Assembly (NCBI RefSeq): GCF_009914755.1
Contig: NC_060941.1
Length of the DNA: 64,000 nucleotides
Strand: one strand, 5' to 3'
DNA from: the human T2T-CHM13v2.0 reference genome, Homo sapiens
Shown: in pieces, positions 28,580 through 49,790 of the stretch
Layout of the letters: every line of letters starts with the position of its first letter
How positions within the stretch are numbered: position 1 is the stretch's first letter
The notes under the pieces: generated by a model
The model's input: only the letters and a program-made list of their open reading frames with translations
Told to the model about the DNA's origin: nothing
Databases searched by the model: none
Made by a program: the position numbers and the translations under genes

Positions 28580-30073
28580 TCACCACTCTATTACTATGAA
28601 AATTATCTATTAAAGATTCATTTAGCCCTCCAACTGGGCTCCCTGAGGAAGGGGAGTAGTGGGTGCTAATCAGCTAATTTAATCAGCGACTTAATTGCAA
28701 TTTTAATAACTGCCACTGATTGAATACTTATATATGTGTCAGTAATAGCACTGAAGTGTTCTAGTGTCTTTAAAAATTTAAACTTCAAAGCTGGGCACAG
28801 TGGTGTGTACCTGTAGTTCTGGCTAGTTGGGAGACTAAGGCAGGAGGATGTCTTGAATCCAGGAGTTGCCTTGGCAACATAGCAAGACCTTGTCTCTTAA
28901 AAAAAATAAATTTCAACAAATCTGTGAAGTAAAATTTTAAAATTGTGGTGAAATATGAATAACATCAAATTTACCATTTTAACCATTTAAAATTGTACAG
29001 TTCTGGCCTGGCGCGGTGGCTCACCCATGTAATCCCAGCACTTTGGGAGGCCAAGGCAGGCAGATCACTTGAGGTCAGAAGTTCGTGACTAGCCTGGCCA
29101 ACATGGTGAAACCCTGTCTCTACTAAAAATGCAAAAATTAGCAGAGCGTGGTGGTGGGTGCCTGTAGTCCCAGCTACTCAGGAGGCCGAGGCATGAGAAT
29201 CTCTTGAACCCAGGAGGCAGAAGTTACAGTGAGCCGAGATCACACCACTGCACTCCAGCCTGGGTGACAATATGAGACTCCATCTCAAAAAAAACCCAAA
29301 AAACAAAAAACAAAACAAAACAAAAAAAAGTTATGTGGCATTAAATACAATCACATTATTGTACAACCATTAAGTAAAATCAATTTTTAAAGTAGTTTTA
29401 CTGATGATCAAACTTTGTATCAGATAGTTAAGTAATTTGACTATTAGTTGGTAGCAGAGATAATATTGAGCTCCATGTTTGTCTGACTTCAAATTCTGCG
29501 CTCATTTTCTATAGCATGTAGTCCTGCAACCTTTTGGAGGGAGATGAGATTCAAACAAGTGAAACAGGCTGGGCATAGTGGCTCATGCCTGTCATCCCAG
29601 CACTTTGGGAGGTCAAGGTGGGAGGAATCCCTTGAGGCCAGGAGTTTGAGACCAGCCTGGGCAACATAGCAAGACCTTGTCTCTCAAAAAAAGAAAAATC
29701 AGCTGGGTGAGGCATGGTGGCTGACGCCTGTAATCCCAGCACTTTGGGAGGCCGAGGTGGGCAGATTACGAGGTCAGCAGATCGAGGCCATCCTGGCTAA
29801 CACGGTGAAACCCTCTCTCTACTAAAAATACAAAAAATTAGCTGGGCGTGGTGGCGGGCGCCTGTAGTCCAAGCTACTCAGGAGGCTGAGGCAGGAGAAT
29901 GGTATGAACCCAGGAGGCGGAGGTTGCAGCGAGCAGAGATCGCACCACTGCACTCCAGCCTGGACAAGAGAGCAAGACTCCATCTCAAAAAAAAAAAAAA
30001 AAATCAGCCCGGCATTGTAGGGCATCCCTATAGTCCCAGCTACTCAGGAGGCTGAGGTAGGAGGATCACTTGA

Positions 30074-30277
<204 letters not shown>

Positions 30278-31309
30278 TGAGTAGCTGGGATTACAAGTGC
30301 CTGCCACCATGTCCAGCTAATTTTTGTATTTTTAGTAGAGACGGGTTTTTGCCATGTTGGCCAGGCAGGTCTTGAACTCTGACCTCAGGTGATCCACCCA
30401 CCTCAGCCTCCCAAAGTGCTGGGATTACAGGTGTAAGCCACTGTGCCCAGCCTGTGTCTAAAAAACTTAAAATTAAAAAAAAAAAGTAAAAATAAAATTT
30501 ACATTAAAAAAATTTAAAAATTGACGTAATAAAATCACAGACTGTGTTAAATGCTAGGAAGGAAATAGAATGATGTGATGGTTACTAGATTGAAGGCATA
30601 AGAGATTACTTATGATGGGATTGCACAGAAGGCCACTTTGTGGAAATGACCTTTGAGCTGAAACCTTTGAGGGGAAAATATAAAGGCTTTGAAGTGAGAA
30701 GGAACGTGGCATGTTAGAGTCAAAAAAAAAAAAAAAAGAAAAAAAAAAGAAAAGGTCAGCTGAGCAAAGTGTGTAAGGGGCAAAGTGATAAGAGTCGAAG
30801 TTGGAGAAGTAGGCAGGCGCCAGATTATGCGACACTTTGTGGACCACAGTAAGGAGGATGCTAACCAGACTCTCACAAGGCCAGAGCATTAGAGATATAC
30901 AGAGGAGGTACAAAGAATCTCAAAGTGGGGAAGAATGGCATAGTAAGAGGGTGAGTGTGACACTGAGAATGTCACATTTCTGAGAATGACTTTCATTTTA
31001 GTAATACTTACATTTAGGGACATTGTTAACCTGTGGATGCAATCAATGACAGGTGACTACTACACAGTAGTTTGTGATCCCTATAATATAGAGTCTCAGT
31101 ATTATGTAATGAAGATGGCCTCCCAAAGTGCTGGAATTACAGGTGGTGAGCTAGATTTTATTATCCCTGTTTTGTAGATGAGAAAACCAAAGATCAGAGA
31201 AATTAAGAAACATGTTAAAGTCATCAGCTACTAAGTGGCTAGCCTAGTTGAAGGCAAATATTGGATTTTCCTTCCTTTGCCCTGGAGATGCCATGGGAAA
31301 ATCTCATAA

Positions 31310-31555
<246 letters not shown>

Positions 31556-31888
31556 TGATCCGCCCGCCTCAGCCTCCCAAAGTGCTGAGATTACAGGCAT
31601 GAACCACTGCACCTGGCCCCTAAATCTCTTTTATGCCATTTATAATGATTGAAAGTCCAGTCTAGCCTAAAGCAAAACTTTAATTTCATATCTAACTTAA
31701 AGCTTTTCCCCTGTCTCTAAGTCTCAGGCAGTTGAAAATTTGTGTTTGGTCTGCAGTTTCACTCTTTTCATTCTCCACCCTCTCACTCTGCTGTTTCTGG
31801 GTTTCCTCCAGGGTGGAGGAGGTTTTGGTGAAAGCAGAGAAGTAGGAGGAATTAAAAGAGGTCAAGGTCTCTTCTCTTACATGACTGA

Positions 31889-31896
31889 TGACGTCA
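31889..31896. promoter_or_regulatory. Full palindromic CRE (TGACGTCA)
   Basis: Exact 8-mer with intact CpG ~2.4 kb upstream of the ATG; motif match only. Confidence 0.3.
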
Positions 31897-32418
31897 GAGG
31901 CAGAGACCCAGGTGCTGGTTCTTTCTCGTTGGGAGCATTTATGTATTCTTGTGTTCTTTGGAGGATCTACCTGTGGATCTCAAGACTCCCATCAGTGACT
32001 GCCTCCTGAAGTCCACACTTCCATCAACTTATTTCTGGGTCTCCTTACACTAGCATACGGTCCTACTGAATAGGTTCCTTTAAGAAGGTCCCGGATGATC
32101 TACCTTTTCAGCATCCTCTTGGCTCATAAGAACCTTGCCATGTCAAACACAGGGAGTGGAAGCTACCCTATTGTTGCCTTTTCTCCCTGTCCTATTGTAG
32201 AGTGTGCCAGCCAGCTTCCCTAATTCAGAATTCTGCAGGCTAGAAGTGGGTGCCCATCTTCATGAATGTGCACACATGCCAAACTCCTCAAGAGACATGT
32301 CTAGTTCATCTCAAAACTTTCACCATGATGATCACACAGGGATGGGCTCATAAGTTTCCACAGTCAGCAAGACTCACTAGCTTGGGAGAAAGATCTGGCA
32401 GACACTCCTAGTCTTTTA

Positions 32419-32757
32419 CAGTGGGGGTCCCCAACCCTGGGCCAAGGACCACTACTGGTCAGTGGCCTGTTAGGAATCAGGCCTCACAGCAGGAGGTGAG
32501 CGGCTGGGGAGCCAGCATTACTGCCTGAGCTCCGCCCCCTGTCAGATCAGCTGCAGCATTATATTCTCATAGGAGGCAAACCCTATTGTGAACTGAGCAT
32601 GCCAGGGATTTAGGTTGCCTGCTCCTTATGAGAATCTAATGCCTGATGATCTGAGGTGGAACGGTTTCATCCCAAAACCATCCCCCCTCCTCACATCCGT
32701 GGAAAAATTGTCTTCCACAAAACTGGTCCCTGGTGCCAAAAATGTTGGGGTCCACTG
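32419..32757 (+). mobile_element. MER1B-like hAT-Charlie DNA transposon
   Basis: Terminal inverted repeats CAGTGGGGGTCCCCAAC...GTTGGGGTCCACTG; ~340 bp with characteristic MER1 internal sequence. Confidence 0.85.
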
Positions 32758-34088
32758 TTTTATGGTACTCCCTCTTTGTAGTGAGGCCAGCACTCTATCC
32801 TCTCCTATGATTTCTTCTAAAGCCTCCCACCTCAGCCTCCCAAGTAGCTGAGACTACAGGCGTGCGCCACCATGCCCGGATAATTTTTGTATTTTTAGTA
32901 GAGTCGGGGGTCTATGTTGCCCAGGCTAGTCTCAAACTCCTGGGCTCAAGCGATATGCCCACCTCGCCCTCCCAAAGTGCTGGGATTACAGGCATGAGCC
33001 ACCGCGCCTTGCTAGAAGCCATTTAATCCAACTCTCCATCAAAGTCATGAATCCTGTTTACAACAACCTGATGAGATGTCAACTACTTTTCACGTGAACA
33101 CACCCAGGAATTAGGAAGGCATTCCCTAACCGGCAGCTCTTATCTCTCCCAATCACGATTTGAGCTTCACCAAATAACTCAAACCCCTGTTTCCTCACAT
33201 ATTAAAGGGGAGTAAATATCTGCTTTACAGAACATTGTTGGGAGAATAAAAGGAGATAGAGGAATATAAATGGCCTAATCCACTTACAGAGGAGGGTGTG
33301 CAATGTTAGTCCCCTTTTTGCCTCCTTTTATGGGACAGCACATTCCATTTTTGGATCGTCATCACCTAGAGAAAGGTCTTCCTTAATACTGAATTGTCTT
33401 TGTATCCTTTTAGCACCTTTCTTAAGTTTAACCCTAAGTGGTCTCATAGAATGTCATTTTTCCGTCCACACGACGTCTTCACTGATATCTGTGACTTTAG
33501 TTGAAGGGGCTGAAGATATTGGGAAGAATAATTCAATTTTTTCCTTCCTCCGTCCCTCCCTCCCTCCCTTCCTTCCTTCCTTTTTTTTTTTTTTTCTTTG
33601 AGCTGGGGAGCTGGGTGAGGCTTCTGTGGATTCCCAAGAGGTATTTGTGGCGTGAATGGAGCAAAGGTGATGTTTCACTTCATCACGTCCAGCACTGTCC
33701 CAAGGTTAAATGGGCGCGTGAGGACAGTTTTCTCCGGTCCTGGCGGGTTTGCCCACCTGCCGGCCAGCGTTCTGCGGGAGTCAAGCCTGGAAAGCGTGTG
33801 TGCGGCGCACAGGCGTCAGACACTGGAACGCATTCGAATGGTGCTATTCTTTGCCACATAGCGAGCACTTTATAAGGTCACTTATCGTCCCGAATGAATG
33901 GTTAAATCGTGGAAGCCGCAAAGAAAGCCACGCAGCTTTGACTCAATACCTAGCCCAGTACTCAGGAACCCCTCTCAGGGGTGCGCGAGCGGGGCCGGAA
34001 TCAAGAAGCCTCTTTTGGGGTGGGCGGGGACCGATCTAGAGCTCCCACTGCGGGGCACCGCCTCTTTTCCTCGCCGGCCGCCCGCTAG

Positions 34089-34478
<390 letters not shown>

Positions 34479-34484
34479 TGATGC

Positions 34485-34616
34485 TGCTGACTCACTGTGT
34501 GAGGGGGGCCGGGCCGGGGGCGCAGGCCGCTCGGAGCTCCCCAGAGCCTCCCAGGTCTCACTCTTGTGGGAGGGCTTGAGGCAATCCCCGGGTCCCCTCG
34601 CCGGCTGCTGACTCAC
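34485..34616 (-). promoter_or_regulatory. Two ARE / CNC-sMAF (NFE2L1/NFE2L2) sites in intron 1
   Basis: TGCTGACTCAC at 34485-34495 and 34606-34616, both fitting TGCTGASTCAY. Proteasome subunit genes are established NFE2L1 (Nrf1/TCF11) targets. Confidence 0.75.
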
Positions 34617-36691
34617 GGGGGGCTCAGCGTAGGGTGGGAGAGTGGGCCGAGCCGGGCCCCCGGGGATCCCTCCCTAGCCATGTCCCCGGCTCTGGCCCGC
34701 ACGAGCTGGTCTGGGACCCGGAGCAGTGCCGGCCGGCGTGCTTGTCACGGACTGGTCCTAGAGTCTCTACTTGAAAGGCCTTGGCGAAACCAGCTCTGGA
34801 CAGGCATTTCCCGCCGTTGTAATCAGCACAGCCTGCTCCGGGTGGGAGCGCGAGCGCTTGCTCTTCTCTGGGAGTTTCCTTCCACGGGACGCTGGGAGCT
34901 GCTACTCCTCAGCCCCACGGCAGAAAGCTCCACTAAGAGGAGGGTCTCTTTCAGAATGTGGGAAATTCAGGGGTGACACACACCTCAGATTGGCATTTGG
35001 TTTGTGGAGGTGGCCGAGACGCTCATCTGCTCTGTGTAGGGTGTAAGAGTGAGGTGTTGGAGCGGGACCGCCTGGCTAGAGGAGGTGACTAATCTTTCCA
35101 GACTGCCTGTAGGGGTTGGAAGTGAGTTAAGGGAGTTAGTTGTCAGCCGCGGAGTTCAGGGAATTCTTTGGAACGGGTCGGCTGCATGTTGCCGGAAAAA
35201 TTAAAATTTCTTAACGCTGTAATAACGATGGTCTTACACCTACACACAACAGGAAAACTGAAATGGGAATCCCAGCCAGTCGCTTCCGGCAGCTTTCTGT
35301 TGGGATTCAAGTGTGAACAGAAATTTATTACGACAGAAGAAGACGTTAATGTTCACTCATAAAGGATTCAATTAGGGCTTGGACTAGCTCTTCACTGCAC
35401 ATGTAATGGCATCTTTGTAGTGTAGTTTGGGAAGATCTGAATTGGCTCAACAAGTAGTATGAGAATGCACCTGTATGTGGGACTTGCAAGATGTTGGCAT
35501 TTGACTTAGTGTGTTGAATTTTGGTATTCCAGACCTGCACGGAGAAAGGACAATGACAAGATCTTGATACTTTATCATTGGGGATACTAGAGAAGGAGAG
35601 GAAGTGGGCGTCAAGGTGTATCTTTGAATGATATTGGTAAAAGGTGTTTCATTTTAAAAGTTCTGATCTTAGGTCAGTTACTTCTACGGAACCAGAGTCA
35701 TCTCAATCACCGTTACATGGATATTTTATTCTGAGTACACACTATTATTTAGAACTAATGTGAGGAGCATGAATTTTAATAGTCTGTGTCTAGTGTCTAA
35801 TATTTTTTCTTTCATAAAGTAGAAATTACGTCAAATATTACAATTAGAGTATTTCCTGTTGGCCCACTATTCTAGGGGAGAGTTCCCTGAAAGCTTCACT
35901 GTTAGAGCAAGCTTGAGTCATGGTGGTTGACGGCCTTACTTTTTCTGGACTCCATCATGGTTTTTGTCAAGTCATGATGCTTTGTAAGAGTAGTAGTAAC
36001 TAGTGATGATCACTACAAACTTGGAGAGGCTATTCCATGTTTGAATGTTAAAATAGTTATTAACTGTTGAAAATAGGACAGATAGCACAAAGTTATTTTA
36101 ACAGACCTCAATGCATTAAAAAGCAGCAGTCTCCCCTAAGTGTAGCTGTGCAGGATCTGGGGCTTTGATAGAGTTGTTTTTCTTGAATGGCTTTATAGAC
36201 CTGCTTATCCCTAACACACCCATCAGCTGAGGCTTTGCACAGACCTAAAGTTTATTGAAACGCTTTTGACTTACAGGCATCAGTAACTTGGTCAATTGAT
36301 TTTAGTTTGTGGCATAAACGCACAGGCATGTTTAATATCTTCCCATAAAATAGTGACTGGAACAGATCTTGGCACCATAAGTATGAAGGATTTGTTTTGT
36401 TTTAATTTCACTTTAACCAAGTGACCACAACAGAAACTTAGTGTATGTAGGTAAGCAAAATTCTGCTGGGTAGAATGAAAAGGCACATTTAAAATCAAAG
36501 AGAAGAATCCTTTTTTTATGATTTACATGGAGCATATTCTACGTATATATGATCTTTTTTTTTTCCTGGCTTAGAGTTTTTTTTTTTTTTTTAACTCTAG
36601 AATTTGTCTTTTGGTAAATATGTTTGAGTTTGTAATGGATCTTATGAGGGTGAAATTTCCCTCAGTCTTCATTTTTTGGTCAGAATTTTAA

Positions 36692-36895
<204 letters not shown>

Positions 36896-37611
36896 TGATC
36901 CACAAACTGAATTCAGCTTTATTTTCTTGGCAACTTGTTGAGCTTCAGTTTTTTAGCAGGCAATTAAGTGGCCTTTAAACTCACTTCTTTCCTGGTAGTT
37001 TAGTTTTGCAAATGAGAGACAATCTTATTTTTGTTGGGATATAGTGATTTCTGATTTGTTTCTGGTTTTTGAATTCTCACTGTATTCCCTTACATAGAGG
37101 CAGCAACAGTCTTCAATAATTTCACTGAGCAACTCTGATGTATTTAAGATAGATAACAACTTTAAGCGCCTGATTTAAAAATGACAAAGGATTTTGTATC
37201 CAAGTGACTCACTGTCATTTTTTTTTGATAGATTCAGAATGAGAATGAATAAGACATTAAATGGAGCCTTCCCAAGACTTCTGCATTCATACCTAGGACT
37301 TTGTGCACATCATTGCTCAAACATTCTAGTTGTAATTGAACCATTGACTGATTAGATTTGACATAATATTCTGATGATGGGTGTGTCCTTGGAATGAGAA
37401 GGGAGTCCTTTTGATCAGGAAGGACCTTTTACCAGTAAAGTGGTAATAGTATTTAGAGAGAAGTCTGTTTAAACTTAAATGGGTGATTTTTGTCAAGTTT
37501 AAAGTGAATTTAGAGCTTATTTGATTAGATTGGATTAAGATCTGGTAAGTGACCTCATGAATTATTTTCCCTAAAATTATGTTGTTCAAGAGAATGATGG
37601 GGGTTAGTTAG

Positions 37612-38004
<393 letters not shown>

Positions 38005-38125
38005 TAGAGCTGAATAAAGATGTATGAAATTGTGAGGATGTGTTTACATGGGCCTTATATCTTACTTAAAACATCATTAAGTAGCTATAAAAAGAACCAT
38101 CCATAATGGTTTTTGAGTGCTATGA

Positions 38126-38323
<198 letters not shown>

Positions 38324-38816
38324 TAGTAGAGGCGAGGTTTCACCATGTTGGTCAGGCTGGTCTTGAACTCCTGACCTCAGGTGATCTACCTGCCTTGGCC
38401 TCCCAAAATGATGGGATTACAGGTGTGAGCCACTGCACCTGGCCAAGTGGTTACTCTTCTAAACACATACATGGTTTAACTTAATTGAATCCTCGAAACA
38501 ACTTGAAGTAGGTTTTGTTACCATTTTACACATGAGGATACTGAGCACAGAAAAGTTAAATAACTTAACAAAGCTCATTCAACTAATAACTGGTAGACCT
38601 AGGATTTGAGCTCATGTAGTCTTACTTCAGAGCCCATATAGCCACATGACATCATGGTTATTGCTTTCCTATAACTGTCTACTTAAATGAATTATCATTG
38701 GTGGGTGGTGTCTTTTCATCTTAGGCTGACTTCCTTCCTATTTAACATACATAAGGATTCCACTTGTCTGTCAGTTAATTTGAGCTTGGGGGGTTCCAAA
38801 ACAGTTTTGATAATTA

Positions 38817-39236
<420 letters not shown>

Positions 39237-39739
39237 TTAAGAACAGTGTGTGGTATATAGTCAATACTTAAGTAATTTTCATCCAAAAATGTTACTGTTT
39301 TGCTTGAAATTCCTATTTTATATGTATTCTCCCCTTATTTCTTGCCCTTCCTGCCTTGTGACCTGAGAAGTTTAGAAGTGTACTGCTAAAGCTATTGGAA
39401 TTTAATAGATGAATTATAAGAACTTTCAAAAACATTTCCATGTTACTTATTGTTTTCTAAGAAAGTTTGATGAGTATAGGTATACACAATGGGAACTCTA
39501 AGGAAGTGTTGAGGCCTACATATATTTAGCTGTCTTTGCTATTAATGATATGTTTGTATTGTTTGCTCCTGAGAACAGAAAATATGTCTGTTCCATTAAT
39601 GTTCAGTTTTTTTATGCATTTAATAAATGCATAGCATTGTGCTAAGTATTCTACTCAAAAATTTAAGATAGGATCCCTGGCCAACAAAAATCACTTGGGG
39701 ATTACCAAATAAAACAATGTCTGATGTGTAATTGTGATT

Positions 39740-42900
<3,161 letters not shown>

Positions 42901-44250
42901 GGAGGAAATTCTGTGGGAGAAGGGACATTGCTTCAGACTACTTTTAAAAAGCTATCATTACATAATATAATTGAAATAAATGCAAAAGGAATTTGAGGGG
43001 GAGAATCACTGTAGACTGGAGTTACATGGGAAACTCAATAGGACTTCAGATGGACCTAAAAGGATATATAAGGTTTATATAGACTGAGAAGATGGCAAGA
43101 CATTTCAGATGGGATTATGGCATTAGTGCCTCTTGAAAGCAGGAGTATATACTGTAGTCTTGTGCAGAGGTGAATGAGGTGGCAGAATGGCGAAAAGTTT
43201 TAAACATTGGGAATCAAAGGTCATTACTGGGGAGTGAAGGGAAAAGATGAACTTTTCTACTCTATATCAAGTTCTTAAGTACCGGACACAGTCCCATGCA
43301 TTCTCTGACTATTCAGGCAGATGAGGATTTCAGGGCCTTGAATTAGCATTCTCTGGAGGGTGAGGTTTGCTTGCCCTGAATTAGAGTTCTCAGGAGGGTG
43401 AGTCTGCAATTGGAGAATATTAAAGAGGCAGTGGCACTAAAGTAATTTTAACCTACATTCCAAAATACCTCCTTAGTTGTTGAGTTGAACCATTCTCTAA
43501 TTTTTACTATTTGACAAGCATATCTCTAGTTTATTGTTTCAAAAGATGTTTCTTTAGAGTTCATATACTGCCCTCTTCTATATAGTGGGGGAAAAGCTCT
43601 GTGATGGATCCCTTTTTTGGTCATAGTTTAAGACTTAGGTTTTGAAGATTAATGAGGAATTTAAAAGAGATATAGCAGCACTTTAAGGGCAAAACACTCT
43701 TCTATGTGAAAAGTTTATTCAGAAGAGTGCCAGGGAAGTGACAATGCAGAAAGGCTAAACTGGGGAGCACTGCAGAAAGACAGGAAAAAGGAATCTGGAG
43801 TAGAAAATCTCTGTCTAAGGGGAACAGCTGAAGCAGACTTGGAAGTTAGAAAAAAATTACCCCTATGACCTGATCATATTTATTGGTTGTGAGGAAGTAA
43901 TTTTGTGAAGGTGGCAGGGACACAGCATATTTCATGTTCTAGAAAACTGGTTTTTGAGATTATGAATACTTTGCTGTTTATCTTTCATTAAGATGGATAA
44001 ATGAAGCAGAGACATGAGCTTTTCCTGCAACTTCATAGTAATCCAGTGGCTGAGTAGGGAACAGAATGCAAATTTGGTATATGATGTTAACTTATTTTTG
44101 CTATTCTGCTATTTGCTAGGAATGCTTTAAACTCCTAGTAAGTTTCACTTAGACTGATTCCAGTGATGTAAGTACCGATTTTTATGACGTTGGGTCAGTT
44201 TCTTAAGTGGGTATTTTGTCTCAAATGTTGATGTTTACTCCTCTTTTTGA

Positions 44251-44415
<165 letters not shown>

Positions 44416-45608
44416 TAGACAATATGGAGAAAAGTTTGTTTCCAAGAAAGAAATGCCTACCTGCACTTTAGTACTAATGTGGAAGGGAAAACTGGGAGGA
44501 CAGCGCAGGACTTATCATGTCAGTTTCTCTTTGTTACAGGGCATTTGATACTTTGGGTCTGTTCCATGCTTTGCTTTGTAAGTGGAGATTGTCAGTGGTC
44601 CCTGGAATCCTCATTACATCAGGGTCACAAACTGATTCTTGTCTTTGAGGTATTGTATTGCCACACCTTTGTAATGTTTTCTGTGTCTGTGGTACCTTTC
44701 ATCTTGTGTCACAAAGCTCCTTCTGAGCACTAATTAAGTCTTGTGGTATTCCTTCTTAGCATGTTTTGTACTGCATATATGCCTTTATTGAGGGGTGAGC
44801 ATCCATCCATTTGTGTCTCATTGTGCAGAAGTGACTCTGGTGTTCCTGTATGTGTCCCACAAGTTCAGACTAGACCCTGAGCTGTATTAAAGAGTGCTTC
44901 TCAGTAATCACTGAATCTTCCAACCTTCTCAAAGATAACTGTATTTTCTGCAATTCAGGAAGAGACGCATACCAAAATTAAACATCATTCTGTAAAAAGT
45001 GGCAGATTGAAGCAGGGTATATTGTCATTGCTTGAATCTGTTTGTAGGAAGAATATAGTTGTTGTTTTTCTTATGGATATATTGATCAGTACTCATTGAG
45101 TGCCTGCTACGTGTTAGGCACTGTTTTAGGTATTGGGGATACAGTTGTAAAAACACAGTCACTGTTGTCATGAGGATTATTTTTTAACGGGGAACGCAGG
45201 CAATAAACAAATGTAAAATGGCAGATAATATAAGGGCAGAATTGCTAGTTGGTTATATGTCTGATTGTTTGCTGTAGCCTCTGTGGGCGTGAAAGGTATG
45301 AAAGGCCATAGTAGCATATTGAATAAATGGGAATTTCAGAAACCTAGGACACATGGATCCTACTTTGGAATCATACCTTTTGTAAAATCTGGCTTTAATG
45401 ATTCTTTGAATCCTGATTTAAACACTATATACTAACTTTATTTGTAGAAAATTCATTTGTAGAGTAGTCTTCAGATTTATGTCTCTGGCAAAACTGTTTG
45501 ATGATAGTATATAAAAAGTTAGATGGCTATTTTGAATTAAAGTGTCAGTTATTTTAATGAAAAAATTAAAAGTTATTTAGGGTATTAGTCTTATCTAACT
45601 TTTTTTAA

Positions 45609-45978
<370 letters not shown>

Positions 45979-46017
45979 TTAAAATAGACTGATCAGTAAA
46001 TGTTAATTTGAAACTGA

Positions 46018-46540
<523 letters not shown>

Positions 46541-46587
46541 TGATCTGCCTGCCTCGGCCTCCCAAAATGCTGGGATTACCGGCGTGA

Positions 46588-46734
<147 letters not shown>

Positions 46735-47373
46735 TGACTTGCATTTATTTAATGATCATTTCTCCTGTTCCTTTGTGGAAATCCATTCAAGTGCTCTGCT
46801 ATAGTTCGCTAGTAGGATTTCCTGGCCTTTGTCATATGGCTCCCTGACTGGTTAGGCGCTCCCTTAACTGTGGTTATATGTTGTCATTGTTCATTGCACA
46901 TTACATTTATATAAAGTAAAGACCTTTCTTCCTTTCCTTAGGGTGAAAGGAAACACTTTTAGGCATTGTATCATTTTATCATCAGTGTCATTTTACTTTT
47001 TAGTAAAGGCTGTTTTTGTTTTCGTTTTTTGAGACAGCCTTGCTCTGTTGCCCAGGCTGGAGTGCAGTGACACAATCTTGGCTCACTGCAGCCTCAACCT
47101 CCTGGAGTCAAGTGATCCTCTTGCTTCAGCCTCCTGAGTAGCTGGAACTACAGGCATGCACCACCACACTCGGCTAATTTTTGTATTTTTGTAGAGATGA
47201 GGTTTTGCCATGTTGCCCAGGCTGGTCTTAAACTCCTAGTCTCAAATGATCTGCCTGCCTTGCCCTTCCAAGTCCTGGGATTACAGGCGTGCAGCACTAC
47301 GCCCGGCTAAGGCTGATTTTTTTGATGGTTAGCAGCTTTGCTTTTATCATGAACCAGAGTCTTATTCCACTAA

Positions 47374-47846
<473 letters not shown>

Positions 47847-49156
47847 TAGGCGTGAGCTACTGCGCCCAGCTGTGGTCTCTCTTTACAACTACCATCTAGT
47901 TTGGTTCTTAATTTTTTTTTACTTGGACTACTGTAAAAGCCTCATTCCATCATTGTCAGAGATACCTTACCAAATAGCCCTCTGATAATTTTATTCCTCT
48001 CCCTCTTCTCCCACAACTCAAACCTTCAGTGGCTTTCCATTGCCTGCAGAATTAGATAATTAATGGTTTTCTATAATACAACCTACTGCAACCTACTGCA
48101 GTAGTCTAATCTCCCAGGACTCTACTAAGCATATCAAATATGTCAGCCATGTTGGATCCCTGGCTGTTTGCTGAACAAGCCTGTATAACCCTCATGCTGT
48201 ACCTTTCTCTTCCATAGTCTTATCTCAAGTTCTACCTCCTCTGAACTCTTTCCTTCCTGACTTTAATGTGGTTTTAACTCTTTCAGTGACTCACATTGTA
48301 TTTTGTACATGCTCTGAGTATTCTGCCTTGTATGACAGTGGCTTTACACTTGCCTTGTCTCCTTTACTGTAATACAATCTCACTCAGGTGAAGCACTATG
48401 TGCCTTGCAGTACCACAGAGCCTTCCTCATTCCCAGTACAGTTCAAATTCCTTAACCATGGCTACCTCTGACCACATCCACTATACTAGTCTCCTTTTAC
48501 TTTCTTTACAGCTGTAATTACTGGCCTTATTGCCTTATGCTTCAAACTGTCTGGGGTTGGGACATTCATATACATATGGATTGCTGTCAGCTTGATCTTA
48601 ACAGGATTTTTTTTCTTTACACTGTTTCAAGTCTTTGCTCACATCTTACCTCCTCAGAGACTTTCCTTGATCACCCTATCTTTGTTTCCTTTTTAACAAT
48701 ATTTATTTTTTACAAAAATTAGCCAGGTGTGGTGGTGCATGCCTGTAATCCCAGGTACTCAGGTGGCTGAGGCACAAGAATCACTTGAATCCAGGAGGTA
48801 GAGGTTCCAGTGAGCCAAGATCGTGCCACTGCACTCCAGCCCGGGCAAGAGTAAGAAGAGTGAGAGTGTCTCAAAAAAAAAAAAATACATATATATATAT
48901 ATATATATATGTATTTTTTTTTTTGCTTATATACTCTTAAGTTGTATCCCTAGCCCTTAGAGTACTTTGGCTTGAAGAAGCTGCATACCTATTTGTCAAA
49001 GGAATGTATGGACTGTGCCTGTGCCTTCCCTATGGTAGATGTGCAGTGGTATGCTCACAGCTCACTGCAGCCTCAACTTCCTGGGCTCAGGTGATTCTCC
49101 CACCTCAGCCTCCCAAATAACTGGGAGTACAGGTACACACCACGACGCCTGGCTAA

Positions 49157-49327
<171 letters not shown>

Positions 49328-49734
49328 TAAGATCTGAGTTTATTGAATTGAAATGTAAGCATGGGGTGTTGTTACTACATTCGTTTAGGTAACTCAAGGT
49401 CTCTGACTTGGGGAAATAGGATATAATTTTTATTCTTAGTTCTTTTTTCTTTTTGAGATGGAGTCTTACTCTGTCTCCCAGGCTGGAGTGCAGTGGTGTG
49501 ATCTTGGCTCACTACAACTTCTGCCTCCCGGGTTCAAGTGATTCTCCTGCCTTAGCCTCCTGAGTAGCTGGGATTATAGTAGAGATGGGCTTTTGCCATG
49601 TTGGCCAGGGTGGTCTTGAACTTCTGACCTCAGGTGATCCGCCTGTCTTGGCCTCCCAAAGTGCCTGGTTTATAGGTGTGAGCCACCACACCCGGCCTTG
49701 TTCTTAGTTCTTTTAAAATTTTTTGACTGGGTGT

Positions 49735-49790
49735 TGGGAAAGAATAGACAAGCAAGTCATAGGTGGGAAAGAATAGACAAGCAAGACATA
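49735..49790 (+). repeat. 29-bp tandem duplication
   Basis: TGGGAAAGAATAGACAAGCAAG(T/A)CATA occurs twice with a 29-bp period. Confidence 0.9.
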
